A stretch of 64,000 nt of DNA, taken from Phoronis australis (lineage: Eukaryota > Animalia > Phoronida). The stretch spans positions 1,673,042 to 1,737,041 of the forward strand of contig NMRA01000007.1 in NCBI GenBank assembly GCA_002633005.1. Direction: 5' to 3'. Below the pieces are notes generated by a model that did no database searches, had not been told where the DNA came from, and saw nothing but the letters and a program-made list of their open reading frames with translations. The position numbers and the translations under genes are program-made. Of this stretch, positions 38,801-51,809 are shown one piece after another; the stretch's first letter is position 1; each line of letters opens with the position of its first letter.

Positions 38801-41800
38801 AGATATGCTAAGCTAGAAAGTTCTTCGCACTAATTGACCAGTTGTGTATTACTGTTTAACATACTTTTACTGGGGCTGAAGTAAGAGATTAGTCTTGAAC
38901 AAAATACAAAACACGTAAGTGCTTCACGCAAGAAGAACAGACCAACGATTTTGGCAGAACGCCAAGACGTCGAAGATCCCACGTTTAAACTGCAAACGAT
39001 GAAATTGTGTTTTCAAGTGTATGTACTTTACAGTGCACAGTTGGGTTCTTTAAAGAAGCACACCAACAAAAACGATGTAGTTTTGCACCAATTCAGTTCG
39101 ACTGTACTTCTAGTCGGTTCAGCATATTGAATGTGCTAAAATTAACCTGTGACGTCAACGGGTCCTGACTGTGTGTCACGTAGTTCACTCTTGGCACAAA
39201 TAAAGAAAGTTTATCGCCTGGATTTATCGTTTTAAACCACATAAAACACCAAACGCCAGTAGATCGTCAATAACTATAAAATACATCACACGAAATACCC
39301 GAATGCTAATGTATTTGAGATTGTAAACCGGAAGAGAGGGAACGTAAGCTGCGCCGTAAATCGGTGTGTAACTGCACTTAACTGCTGGCTCATAATTAAT
39401 AACTAAACCACTGGTGAAAAACAACGCAAATCCTTTTTGGATACATTCAGTTTTTTAATTCAGGACTTGTTTAATTTCATAAATGCTGATTTTCTAGAAA
39501 TTTCAAAGTGCGTTAGCTGAAGTTTCGATGCAGGAGAATTTCCCTGTCTGGGCGCGGAAAGTGTGTGTTTGGTGATAATTAAATTGCAGGCCACAATTTA
39601 AACAGTTTCTGTGTAATAAAGGAAGATTCATTGCCTTGCATTGTAATTTAGACTTGACGTCTTGTTCAGGCTTAGAAACGTAAACTTTCGTGAACACTGA
39701 GTTACAGTTCGGTGGAAGCCCCGACCCGGCGGGTGTTGGCGTGATTGTCATAAGCAGCAGTTGTGCAGGTCGAATACTATTCCCCATCGTCAAACAAATA
39801 GTGTAATAGTGCGTCGATGACTACACTCCGGGGGAAGATGGCCAATTTAGAGTGCCATTTACCTCAGTTAGTTACTCATCAACTTACCTCCCCCCGCCCC
39901 GGCGCTTTACCCCCCGCCCTCCCCGGCGCTATAGTTGTCGCAACATATCCCGATGTGACCTCCTGAGAAACCGTTCCACAAAATCCGTTTGAGCAAAAGC
40001 TTTTTAAAAATAATCGATGTGCTTTGTTGTGGGATTTCCCTGACGTCTTATGGCATACAATTGAATTCTTGTTTCAATAGTTTCACTTCTCCCAGCACTG
40101 AATTAGCATATGGTGGACATTGGGACTTGCACGGTCACATGGCCGTCTCAGACGGTCGGCTTCAATGCTTCAATTGTAGTTTGATTGTGTTTAAAAAGCT
40201 GGGCTCGCATTATAACTTGATCATGTGCTTCCAAAAACATTTGGAGTTACAAACACCACAAACATTTCACTACAGGAGTAGCCAGACCACTTTGACTATT
40301 CTTTATAGGCACCACTTCATTGCCGTTTGAAACACGGACTCATCGTAGGATCCGTTGACGTCATCACTTTGTTTCCTCACTTTCCTCACGGGTTAACCTC
40401 TCTTCCAAGTGTGGTGGATAGAACACGAGATGTGTCACGGACAGAGCGATTAAATTGTAAAAAACGAAATTAAATTGGATGCCACATGCCTTTGAGGCTT
40501 TAAACCTACTTACTCGCCATCGATATCCTGACTCTGGCGTCAAAAAATGTCAAACAGATCTAGTTGGTGGCAATGTAAACCCCCCTTTCGTCACCAAAAC
40601 AATTTAAGTCAACTTAGAGGCAATTCAGGGATTGGAAAGAACTGGAAGTTAGATATTTCTTTAGACAAGACTCTGCAAGTTGTTTCGTGTCACAGCGTGT
40701 CATTTTATGCGTCGAGCATCATTGTGGGGTTATAACGAGTTGTCATTTCATTACAACTGAAACCCAGATAGCATTTCTCGTCTGAATAAGGAACGCGTGG
40801 ATCTCAGATTTATAGCGGAAAATGGTCTGAATAAAAGTTCGCTTCTTGGACGGAAGGCGGGTTTATAGCAGGCTTTATTATATTTCATGCTGTATTATAA
40901 CCATCAATTAACTCTAAGGTAAAATCCTCAAATTTAAAAGGCCTGGGAAATTCATTAGACAACAATGGTTTCGGCCGGTGGTAATTGACTGCAGAACTTC
41001 GTTGATCGACAGCACATCAGAATACGTGAACTCTGAACGCTGCTGATGTGGTCCGACTTCTACGTCTTCACCTTCATTCTGGTCTCACTAACAGAAAGTA
41101 AACTATTCTCTCATTTGGCAAGTTCGTTGAATATAGTCTGTGATGCTTTTGCTAATAAATGAAACTACCATAAATAACTCAAAGATTATTAGGTCAGGGT
41201 TGTTAACACAATTTTATTTACGACGCCCATTGACTAAAAATGAAATAGACACTGTAGCACACTGCCGACATTGATAAACCCGTATCAGACAGTGTGAGCG
41301 GTCGTCGTCACGTACAGTATTTGCGGCCGTTAAACGGACTTGTCACATGAAACGATAGTCAAGTGTCGATCATTTCACTCTTTGCTGTTTGCTCATCCTG
41401 AAATGGACATTTTATCAAATTTGAGCGTGCATGTTTTTCCCGGTGAGTGTCTGATTGACCCGCTAACAGAAGCAAAACTATGAAATTCTTCTAATACAGA
41501 GGATTTTGAAGATTTTGTAGAGAAATCATTAACTTTGCTCTCAAAAATAGTGCATTAACGAATGTGGAAAATTTTCGAGACTCGTGGAAACATAAACCAC
41601 AATGTCGGAGTGTTCGTTGCTAAAACAATAGAGAGCGCTGTTCAAATGAATTGAAATGCCTTCTCACACGTTTTGTTTGCGACCGGCCACTTCTGGTTAC
41701 TAGCTTTATAGGCCTGTCGTCGTTTGCGTCCTATAGTTAGGCTATTTATGTTATCACTTTAGGTAATTTGATTACATGAATTCTTTCTACCGTTGCATAT

Positions 41801-42559
41801 GCACAAGTTTTGTGTGTTTGTTTAGTGGAGTGCCCGAATACCCTCACCATAATATCTTGCAGCAAACTGAAAAAATAAATGAAGTAACTGAAAAAAATGA
41901 GTCCTTTGGGATCCATATAAAAGGGGCCATTTTTTGTATTAGAACTTTTCACATGGATTTCATATTTCATTGAAGTTTGTTGTGCTATAAAGAATGCAGC
42001 TACCCCAAAAGTTTGCTTATTCAATTTTAATTTTTGCAGGGCTTAAAATCTTACAAAAGCATTCTGTGACCGGCTCCGATCGGTGATTTTTTTATAGATA
42101 ATAACAACAAATGGGTCCCTGTGTTCACTTCCTGAAGAGTGGCAATTTCATTTTGCCAACTTTCTCAAAGGATGTGTGTTCTAATTCCCTAGCGGTACAC
42201 CCCGACAAAACACTACCCCTCCAGCATCACCTCCACCCAGTTCCGATGAGTTGAGGGTGACACGTAATTAAGCAAAACGTGTATTCTGTTAATGAGCCAG
42301 AAATGTGTTTAAATACTTGTGTGTTTTGTGATTCTCATAAAGCCTTTTGTCTGACACCCGCTTACACTGTACCCGACAAACTCTAAGTAAGTCAATACGC
42401 CTATACTGATGTATAGTGATGACGTTTTGCCACTTATTAAATATTACTGTTTTGAAGCGACCACAAATACAGGAATAGAAACTGAATGCACTGTCACATA
42501 ATATTTTTAAAACGTTTGCAGCTCTTAGATTTTTTCCGATTCAGGTAACAGGGGCAATT

Positions 42560-42750
42560 TAGAACTTGGATTTTTTACAAAATTGTGTGATTGGATTGAT
42601 GGGTGTGCTGCGACAACGGTCGGTTGCACCTATTGCATGCTCCTAGGGGAATGGAGAAAGATAGCAATTGATCAGGTCCATGGCCAGGTAAAAATTTTCG
42701 AAGCGGTTAGTAATTTGTAGCGCTACGTAAATCTGCCCTAATTATTACTC
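42560..42750 (+). mobile_element. SINE/L2-type 3' tail fragment
   Basis: Ends ...GAAGCGGTTAGTAATTTGTAGCGCTACGTAAATCTGCCCTAATTATTA, resembling L2-dependent SINE tails. Confidence 0.4.
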
Positions 42751-42840
42751 TTGTTTTTATTTTTTCATTTTAATTTCATTTGCCTTGGTCCAAAACGTCA
42801 AAATGACGTCATAGTACACAAATGAACGGCAATAGTCGCG

Positions 42841-42924
42841 TATAACGTGCCCGTATTTTGAGAACCAGTTTGAAGCGCGTTATTCAGTGGAGAAAACGGG
42901 TTCTCAAAATTCGGGCTCGTTATA
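42841..42924. repeat. Inverted repeat (small MITE-like)
   Basis: TATAACGTGCCCGTATTTTGAGAACC / GGTTCTCAAAATTCGGGCTCGTTATA, 24 of 26 positions paired. Confidence 0.7.
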
Positions 42925-43127
42925 ACCATTAACCGAGCGAGCGTTAACGTGCGAACATAAGTTCGTGTTCAGTACAGTTGAGAAATGTGTATACGGTACA
43001 TCCCGGTGCCGGCCGTCAGGTAGGCTATCAAATAAAAGTCAAGCTGCCGCAGAAACCCTCGAGTTTTACGAGTTCAAATCACCGCTGTTGTTTACCTATC
43101 GGCAGTTATTCCGTAACATAGGTCTAG

Positions 43128-43144
43128 TGACCCTCGAGTGACCT
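43128..43144 (-). promoter_or_regulatory. Candidate DR5 retinoic acid response element
   Basis: TGACCC-TCGAG-TGACCT reads AGGTCA-ctcga-GGGTCA on the minus strand, an exact RGKTCA-n5-RGKTCA, about 8.7 kb upstream of CYP26. Confidence 0.55.
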
Positions 43145-44572
43145 GTCTAATATCTGTTGCAGTTTTAAATCAATATCACAGACAACCTATAATTCAGTAA
43201 AGTTTGATGCAAGTCACTGGCCCTTTTCTAACCCTGTCTGACCTCTTTCACAGCACTGTACCAAGAATTGCGTGAAAAGGTGCTTGAAAGCTTAAAAGTA
43301 TTTATTAAACAAACGACTACTTATCGGTGTAGCCAAGTGGAAAAGCTTTGCGTAACATTTTTCTTAAAATATAAATGGATGAGGCCCAGATGCAGTTGCT
43401 ATAGGTAACAAAACCTTCAAGGGCTAGCACGCAAGTTAAATATGATTTTTTTCCGTGGCTTCACTCTTACTGGCCCTTCGCTGGGTGAAATAATTAGTTT
43501 GTTTCCACAATTCAGTACTGGGGCAATTAGAAACGTTACGAAACTTTGACATGAAAATTAGCCCCAAAGAACAATCGATAGGCCTTGTCACGCAAAAACA
43601 CTTTTTAGTTCATAGGAACTTAAGACCTCGGTCAACGGTCTAAGTTCGTTGATAAACAGCTGATATTTGATTTTGAAGTTACAGTACACGGCATACATGA
43701 CGACGTTTTGTCATTATGCGCTTAACGTAACATTTACCAAAGCAACAAGAACGAAAAAGCGCTGCATGTACTTAGATATTATTTGGTAATAATACGTGCA
43801 TTTACCATTGCTAACCAGGGTGCAATCAAAACTACTCCAATAACTAGAAGCACTTCAAAAGGACCGATAAAACCCTTGAGATATTGTTTCATAGTTCATA
43901 TTGGGTTTATATTTTTCTACAGGCTTTCCCATGACTCGTTTATGTTGTTTTATTCTAGGGTGGTATGCGAAGCAATTTTCTCTTGTTTGATAAAAAGATT
44001 GTTTAATTTCTCATGTTGATCGCATTGTTATTTCACTGGCGTTTTCATTGAGCACGTGTGTTCAGTGTGTATATGCTTATGTGACGTGATGCCAAAAATA
44101 GAGTTCCGAAAACACCCGGCAAGGCTTTTTGACTCACTACAACGGCAAAATGGGAAACAATGACTTGTACAGACATCAGAAACTCTGAGCCATATCCTTA
44201 TGTAAAATATGTGAGTTGCCGACCTTTCAATGCATCGCATCGTGAAATTAGTTTGATTTTTTTACCTCAATCAAGTAGTGGCGATAATGTAGACAAATAT
44301 TGACAGAACTACAACGCGTGTAAAGCTCTATAGTTCCGTTCCGGAAAAGTTCACACTTCATAACGCAATCGTTATGTTGCTTTCTGCTTGGGCTTTTGAT
44401 CGGAATGCCTCCTCAGTATTACGTATTCGTCATACGACTTAACTGACCAGTTCGACGATTGATGTCCTTATATTTTTTTTCTGTCTAATTTCAACAAAGC
44501 CAAGGTACCAGGATGTTGCAGCATACGAATCTTTATATTCTGTCCTGTTTCTTTTTTGGCAATATCCATACG

Positions 44573-44724
44573 CAGTGGCGGATTTAGAGGAGGCCATGGG
44601 AGCCATGCCCCACCCCCTAAAATTCTCCCAGATTCCATTTGGCAGTTGGTGCGAATGTCTGCCGGGAAAATCCTGGCTAATACTCTGCCCCCCCCACCAA
44701 CTCGAAATCCTGGATCCGCCCCAG
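44573..44724. mobile_element. MITE family A copy
   Basis: CAGTGGCGGATTT...GGATCCGCCCCAG; perfect TSD ATACG. Confidence 0.88.
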
Positions 44725-46383
44725 ATACGCTTTCATTTTTTGCAAGTGATTAATATTTAGTTGACAGGCTACTGTGTTAGGCAAAACTATCATTAAATTT
44801 GAAAAAGAAATAAAGCGTGTTGCGAGCATGCAGTCGACGCTTCTAACTATTATCCGTTTGTGAGGTTCTCGTTTAGAAAAACACACACCAAAATATATCG
44901 TTACAGTTTTTTGTTTCTATATTTTTTGCTTTATTTTATAATTAGTGAGACTGCTAAATATTTAATATCATGCTTGATTAATTGCATTTTTATTAGGTAC
45001 CATGGCACGGGTATCAGAAAAAATAGCCAACAGATTAGAGCACACGTCGAACCCCCTTCAGTTGTAAGTTGGTTCCATTACGGTAATAAAACGAAAATGA
45101 TTTGTTTTCTTCTTGGCTAGGCACCCTATGCATGCGTTTCAGCGGAAATGACACCATTTCGCGGTCACGACGAGTTTCAACTTTCACAGCTTGACTTGTA
45201 CTATGTAAGTAATGAGTTCAACATAAATATGCACTCGATTGATAGTTTCGACGTACGGTTGTCTCGCAATTTCCGCATATTTCGGAATTGGGTTATACCC
45301 TGTGCGTTGACCTGATGAGGACAGCAAATGCGCATGTGGGGCACCATCACCATGGTGATAGTCCCTACAGGAGTTTTCCGCCGAAGTATTTGATCGTGAT
45401 TGGAATGTTGCTGCTCGTCCACTGACCTGCTAAGGACAACTGGCTGCCTGCGGACACATGCGACGTCCAGCCGTTTCAGTGAAACTCGCCAACGTTTACG
45501 CGAATCGTGAGAAACAGTGCTGTCATTTAAGGTCTCAGTGATGTCAGCGTAAAATAAATTCTGACAGTTGCAGATCGAGGTGAACTGTGAATTAGTGCAG
45601 TTTGCATGTTCAGGTTTTTATGGAGATAAAATACAACGAATGATGTTCATACGTGCATGACTTTCATAAAACTAACAATGAAAGTTTGGTTAAAATTTGA
45701 TGAAAAGCTTCAAAACCACTACATTTGAAAACATTTAACCACCTGCTATAGCAAGCCTACTGTTTCTGATATGAAATAAAGCAGTTCGACATTTCAAACA
45801 TAATTTTCATTTTCTCCCAAGCGAATAATTATTGGACAGAAAGACTGTGTGTGCGTTGTACACAAAGTAAAACATTTTTCCACTCATAAAATTCACTTAA
45901 AGCTATTGGCCTGGAATCGTAGTCGACGTGTCGGATATACTGCCACAGTTACATCTAATCAGGAAATATTCTCGCCAGAGCCAACCATGAGATTTCGAGG
46001 TAAATGTTGAATTCTTTAAAGCCCCGGCTATCAAAAAAGATCTGGGCCCGGGGTGTAATCAGTTGTACTCGAAATCGAACTCACAATCATTTTCGACCTT
46101 TTCCGTTCTAATTTAGAGCGAACTCAAAATATCCATCTGTTGCTTTGTATGGGAGTGCATCGTTATTCGCGAGGATGACCGCTGCATGTTCGAGCTTCAA
46201 CTCGAAATCTCGAATTTTTTCACGAGATTACAGCTCGAATCTAGGGGTCATCAAGCGCGCACAAAAAGACCTTATCTTGAGCCAATAGTGAAGTAGAAAG
46301 AAAAATGTGATAAATAATTTCAGATTGGCCTTATGCGTTCGAATGACACTTTAGAGGCTTTGCTCTTTCAAAACAATGTCATG

Positions 46384-46514
46384 GGCTGCACTTGGTGGCT
46401 TCGTTGGTTCGGCTGGGTCAACCGGCTAAGACTTCTGATTGGTGTCTTGGCCGGTAGTCGTCATCGTGAACCAATCAGGTTCGTCCGAACCGGCGAAGTC
46501 ATTCAAGTGCAGCC
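46384..46514 (+). other. Nested hairpin with potential pseudoknot (structured RNA or short MITE)
   Basis: Outer stem 46384-46412/46485-46514; inner stem 46421-46432/46444-46455; loop 46434-46443 is complementary to 46470-46479. Confidence 0.6.
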
Positions 46515-47244
46515 TTTGTCTTCTTACCATCAGCTTGAATTGAAATTGGAAAAATAAAACGCCTGGGCCTCCCCTGTCGCCGCCGTGACAAGCAAATATA
46601 ACGAGCCCAGCATGAAGCAAAAACGAGCTGTCAGTTCCTCTCGTGCCTAGAAATATTTTCTTATCTGAACGAAGAACGAGGTGAGATCCATTCCGAAACA
46701 ATAAGTGGTCTTAGTCAATTTTTTGACAGAATTTGTGGGTTTATTAGCCTTTAAGGAGGTATATTTGGATTATTTTAACACTTCAATTACGAGCCTGCCT
46801 TTGCCTTTAAGAATTTTAACATAGGGTGGGTTTAATAAAATAACAGAATCAGTTAAAGGGACACAGTCGGTGTTAGGGCCGAAAAATGCATTTTGGGATT
46901 GTTTTTGGGGAGAATAAATTTGAAGTTCTTGGATATAGAACAGTAAAATCTATTGAGCTCTAGTGATTTTATTAGAAATCAACGATTTCCGACGTTGGCT
47001 TCCAGGCAGTCAGCCATAGTGAAAGCATCATTTGGCAGTTAGAAAACGTCAATTAGTGTCTCTCGAAAAAAAATTAAAATGTTCCAACTTAATAACCAGA
47101 CAATTACATAACACATAAATAGCTTTTTATGTATCTATTAATTCGCGATTTGTTAATAAATAAATATCTAATTATCTGACACACGTTTGACTTGTAGTTT
47201 AGTTGTAAAATGTTAGCGTTTTATCTCTGCATTGTGGAAACCTG

Positions 47245-47394
47245 GCGTGCGTTCAGTAACGCTAGGACCTATGTTGGGACCCAGCTAAAATCTAGCCAAA
47301 GTCACGTGTTTTCATTTGAAATACACGGCAATATTTCACGTAATTTCGCGAAGTCTTGCTTTTTAGTGAGGTCTTAGCGTTACTGAACTGGAGC
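47245..47394. mobile_element. MITE family B copy
   Basis: CTG|GCGTGCGTTCAGTAACGCTAGGACCT...GCGTTACTGAACTGGAGC|CTG. Confidence 0.82.
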
Positions 47395-49182
47395 CTGCAT
47401 TCTCGACGATATCTTTGGTAATTGTGCACCGATGACATGTCAGAGTGAACCATCAAGACGCGACATTCTGTGTAAAGAGATTTCAGCAACTGTTCATTCG
47501 AGAGAATTCTGTGAGAATTAGTCAAAACACAATTTTTTTAAAACTTAATTAATCACTATCAAAAACGCAGTTCCCATGCATTGTTTCGCTGAAAGTTGGT
47601 ACAAAGTTCAAAAGAAGTCGAGTAAAGAAACACCCGCACTTTTCTGAAAATGTCAGTTCATGTCTCAGACAAAACACCTCATCTGTGGTGTTGATTACGC
47701 GACCGTATTACTGTGTGTGTTCTAGAGTGAACCTCTAAATATCCACAGTAAATCTAGGGCCTCTATAATGAAAATTGAATTAAAACATGAGTCAGAAACT
47801 TGGTTTTACGCTCCACACAACGATTTCTGAAAAAATATTGAGTCTCAGTTGAGCAAAATTTCAAAACCTCGGAGAATATACACATAACTGCTAGTTATTG
47901 GGATAATTTTCAAAAAAATATTTCTAGACTGTAGTGTGCTCAGAATAACTTAGCTAAACATTTGTTCACCAATTGCGTAGTTGAAGCGTAAGACCAAATT
48001 TCTGTCTTAATCCCGTCATTTTTTATGGAACAGATCCCAGGCCACAGTTCGCATACAACAGTCTCAGGTGTCTGTACTATAAGTGATTTTGCAAGTTGTT
48101 AATCTATATTTTGCAGTGGGGGCACGTTTTGTATCTAAATAGAAAATAAGAATTTTGTTTGTACTGTACTGAATTGAATCAACTAACTATTTATACGTCC
48201 AATAAAAACGGAAATTAAGAGATTCATAGGTTCTACTCTTGCTTTGTTTTCAGCAATGTAATACAGTTCCATTATGCAAGGGACATCACAGAAATAGGAA
48301 CATGCCATCAATTAAACTCTGCTTGAAATTGTGTTTTACTACTAATTTTTAAAATTTATCAAAAAAATTAGATGTCATTCAAATGTGGCGGTCATTTTGC
48401 GTCTATTGGAATGCTGTCCTGCTGTGTCACTGTTTTAAGTCGTCATTTTATGTTTTGGCGAACAGTGCGGAATCTCTGTGATTATACCAGATGGTGGATT
48501 AGTGCAATCAAAAATGATAACCGAAGATGGGGCACGTGTAGTGAAATCAGGTGTCAATGGCGGACCACGAGAGGAAGGGGAGACCACAATGTACAATTAA
48601 AGGACAGGTCTTCGCTATAACCGTACAAGCGGTATCCCATTGCAATTTTTGTTCATTCCTGTTTTCGTTCAATACTCGAAATTCAAATTTTACGTGGTTA
48701 ACGCCCGCAACTAACAGAATCCTCTCAAGCGGATATCAATCTTCAAGTGATTGACACCTGTTTTTGTCAACCCTTCAATCGAAAGGTTGAAAAACAACTC
48801 CCGCAAAGATTTTGACACCTCTGGACCTAGACAGTTAATTAGCGATTTGAATAGAATTTCAGTACGGCTAATTGTTAATTATTTGAACAGCGTCCTTCCG
48901 TCGAAGTTGACTCCGCGTAGCCTAATTAGAAAGTCATTAGTATTTTGTGTTGACGCAACGAATCTCTGCTTCGGCAGCTGTCATTGTTAGCGATACTTGG
49001 AGATAATTAAATACTTCCAATGTTAGTAATACTATTGGAATCAGCAGTATCTCGGAGCATAAGATGACCCCCCCCCCCCCNCCAGGTGAAGCTGGCTTAT
49101 TGGGTTTCGTCTCAAACATTAACGGTCTACCTGTTGCTCTCATGCCAAAATCATTTATAATCTGGGTTGAGATCACGGTAGA

Positions 49183-49311
49183 TTTCAGTAACGCTAGCAC
49201 AAACGGTAGTACCTCGCTAAAGTCTAGCCAAAATCACTTTCTCATTTAAAATACACGGCAATGTCTCATGTTAGTCTCGCGAAGTCTTATCGAGGTCATA
49301 GGTTACTGAAC
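49183..49311. mobile_element. Degenerate MITE family B copy
   Basis: TTCAGTAACGCTAG...CTCATTTAAAATACACGGCAAT...TTACTGAAC. Confidence 0.65.
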
Positions 49312-49460
49312 TCTAACTTACTTCATCAGAAGGTGTGGTCTAAATCAAAACTTATTTAAAAGTTTAAAAAGTTTTGTTCAGAAGGAGGGGTTTATGTCAG
49401 TTTTAAATTGATGCACTTGAAATTGAAACTATTTTGAGAGTCCAGAGACTGTAAAACGTA

Positions 49461-50163
49461 TTAAAGGGACATTTTGTTTTTCTGGGATCTGCCCCAATGC
49501 GGAATCGAACCTGGAATCTCCATTGTCGCAGTCTAACATTCTCTGTTGTTGGAGCTAGGTTCCACTCGATAGATGGTATTTCACTTGTTAAATATATTTA
49601 TGCGAGCATAAAGACTTCTATCTTACCCCCCACGCCCGCTTTTTTCTCAATTTGGACCGGTCCACTAATTTTGTTTTAGCATGGCTACGCGTCGTTTATT
49701 CCCAGCCTTCTGATTGGTCTATGTTATCACGTGCCATGAGTTTGAACAGCTCCCGGCTCTTATAGGCTGATGACTGTCACGTGTCCCTAGGAATTTCCTT
49801 TCTTTGCAATATCACATGTTTCAGTTCTATTACCTTGTGTCACCTACCCAGACGCACGTGTCTAAACATTTTTCATCCATTACCTCCCATCACTTTTGAC
49901 ATCTTCTCGTACCTCTGTGTTGCGCTTTTTTATTGGTCATCTCACCAGAGATAATTATATTTTATATATTGTATCTTATTTTCACCCCTATTCTTTGTAT
50001 TTGTATTCTGTCACACTAAATGACCTTATTTCGCCGTTCTCGGTCTTCTTTTCATCTCTGGTAACTCATGTATTTTACTCGGGATATATGCATTGTATTT
50101 ATCCCATCCGACGATAATCTCAAAAATGCGTTTTTGACCGTAAATCCGATATTGTCCCTTTAA
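49461..50163. mobile_element. TTAA-bounded non-autonomous element (Kolobok/Crypton-like) with an internal tRNA-like segment; relatives at about 46852, 53871-54210 and 57417-57855
   Basis: TTAAAGGGACA...TGTCCCTTTAA termini. The end motif (ATCGGATTTACGGTCAAAAACGCATTTT on minus) recurs, with substitutions, at 46852, 53871 and 57417. Confidence 0.6.
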
Positions 50164-51504
50164 GACGATACTGATAAGTTGTGATACCGTATCATAAGTG
50201 ACCCGAAAATTATTAGTTAAGATTTTTTAAAGTGAGTTTATTTACGCGGCGCTGTTACGAGGCCGACGTGCTAAAAATACAACAGCTGAAGTGTCCATTG
50301 TGCGCCACTGGCCGGCTACACAACGCGACTCAGAGGAATTGAAAACATTTTGGATGGGTATGCACGATGTGCGGGTGACACAATACGACCGTTGGAAGAT
50401 TCCGACGATGATTACGAAGGTGGACAGCTCAGCGTTCAGATTACGGAATTTCAATTGACAAGCTATTGAACGACACAGTTCTACCATCAACCACTGTCCG
50501 GGCTGCGTTCCGTGGAGCCAAGTTTGCGCGAGATGTAAGTGAAGCTCGTGATCACACTAGGTTTAGGCGAGAGTGTCTAGTGTCTGTGAAACGACCCAGC
50601 CCCCCCCNCCCCCCGCCGTCTACTCCCTCGTCTTCAGTTGCTGTTTTGTAAAAGTAGTGACGTCACAAATTTTCCGCGAAAATTTTGGAACTTGGTGATT
50701 GTGCTTTTCTCAGAATTCATTAATGGCATTAAGTAACGCAGCCCAAAATTCTTTTTAAAGACTAAACTTCAACACTTCAACACTGCATGGCATCTATTTG
50801 ACATTGGTGAGTCTGCAAGTACTAGTTTAAATTAGGACTGTTGGGAGGCTTCCGAAGGTTCTACTCGCTTGTCCAAGATATCTAACGAAGTGTATGCTAA
50901 TTTTAACTAGAGATCGCAAGTAAACGAATGCACAACACTTCTGCTAGGAAATCAGTTATGTTGTTGCGTTTTCTGTGAACACAATTGCCGTACAAACTGT
51001 CCACCCATCTTTTTGTCCAAAATTAAATCATCCAGTTGCTGTTGCACCCACAACCTGCCGGTCGTCAGTTAATGATATCCACTTTTCACGTTAATCATAT
51101 ATATGTACGTGCAATGCAATAATTCATTACTGATGTGAACATTGGTCCAATTAAATTGACAGCTATTGGGTAAATGTCACTACCCCTCCCCCGTGCGCCC
51201 GTGGGAGATACACTAAAAATTTAGATTTCACCAGCCTGGTGACCTCTCTGGGCTTCTCTATAAGCGGAAGTATTAGGTTCACAATGAAACAGTTGTGGCT
51301 TGCTTCACTCCACCGTGCAGACAGGTTTAACCCGACACGGTGGTCGATACGGCGGATTGTAGTAAAAAATAAATAGCGACAGTTTAACGAGCGGGTATCA
51401 ACGACCGCTTTATGAATGAGAGGCAGACCACGTCGACGACTGAACACTCTGGTTGGGAAAGTTATCTTATCCACGTACGAGGAATTTTACTCGTAAAATC
51501 AAAC

Positions 51505-51720
51505 GCTTTCTGATTGGTCAAGACTTTGTCTAGAGTACCGGCACATTGGTTGTGGTTGGGAATTTGTGCAACTTTTCTCAATGTCGTCGTCGCTTGGGGC
51601 ACCGAGAGTTCAACAGTCGGCTATCCAATGAGAGCTTAACCTATGCCCCGGACAGATGAATATTCATCGGCCTTTGTTTACCCACGTGATTTTTTGTCGC
51701 TGCACCAAACGTATATAAAT
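51505..51720 (+). promoter_or_regulatory. CYP26 proximal promoter
   Basis: TATATAAA at 51712-51719, about 90 bp before the ATG. CACGTG at 51683-51688. CCAAT boxes near 51510, 51545 and 51625. Confidence 0.65.
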
Positions 51721-51809
51721 ACACACGCCAAGGCAAGCATTGGGCATAGTAAAATCTTCAAATCCTTTGCACTATTTCAATATTCTGGGGACTTGGTGAC
51801 GACTGAAGA

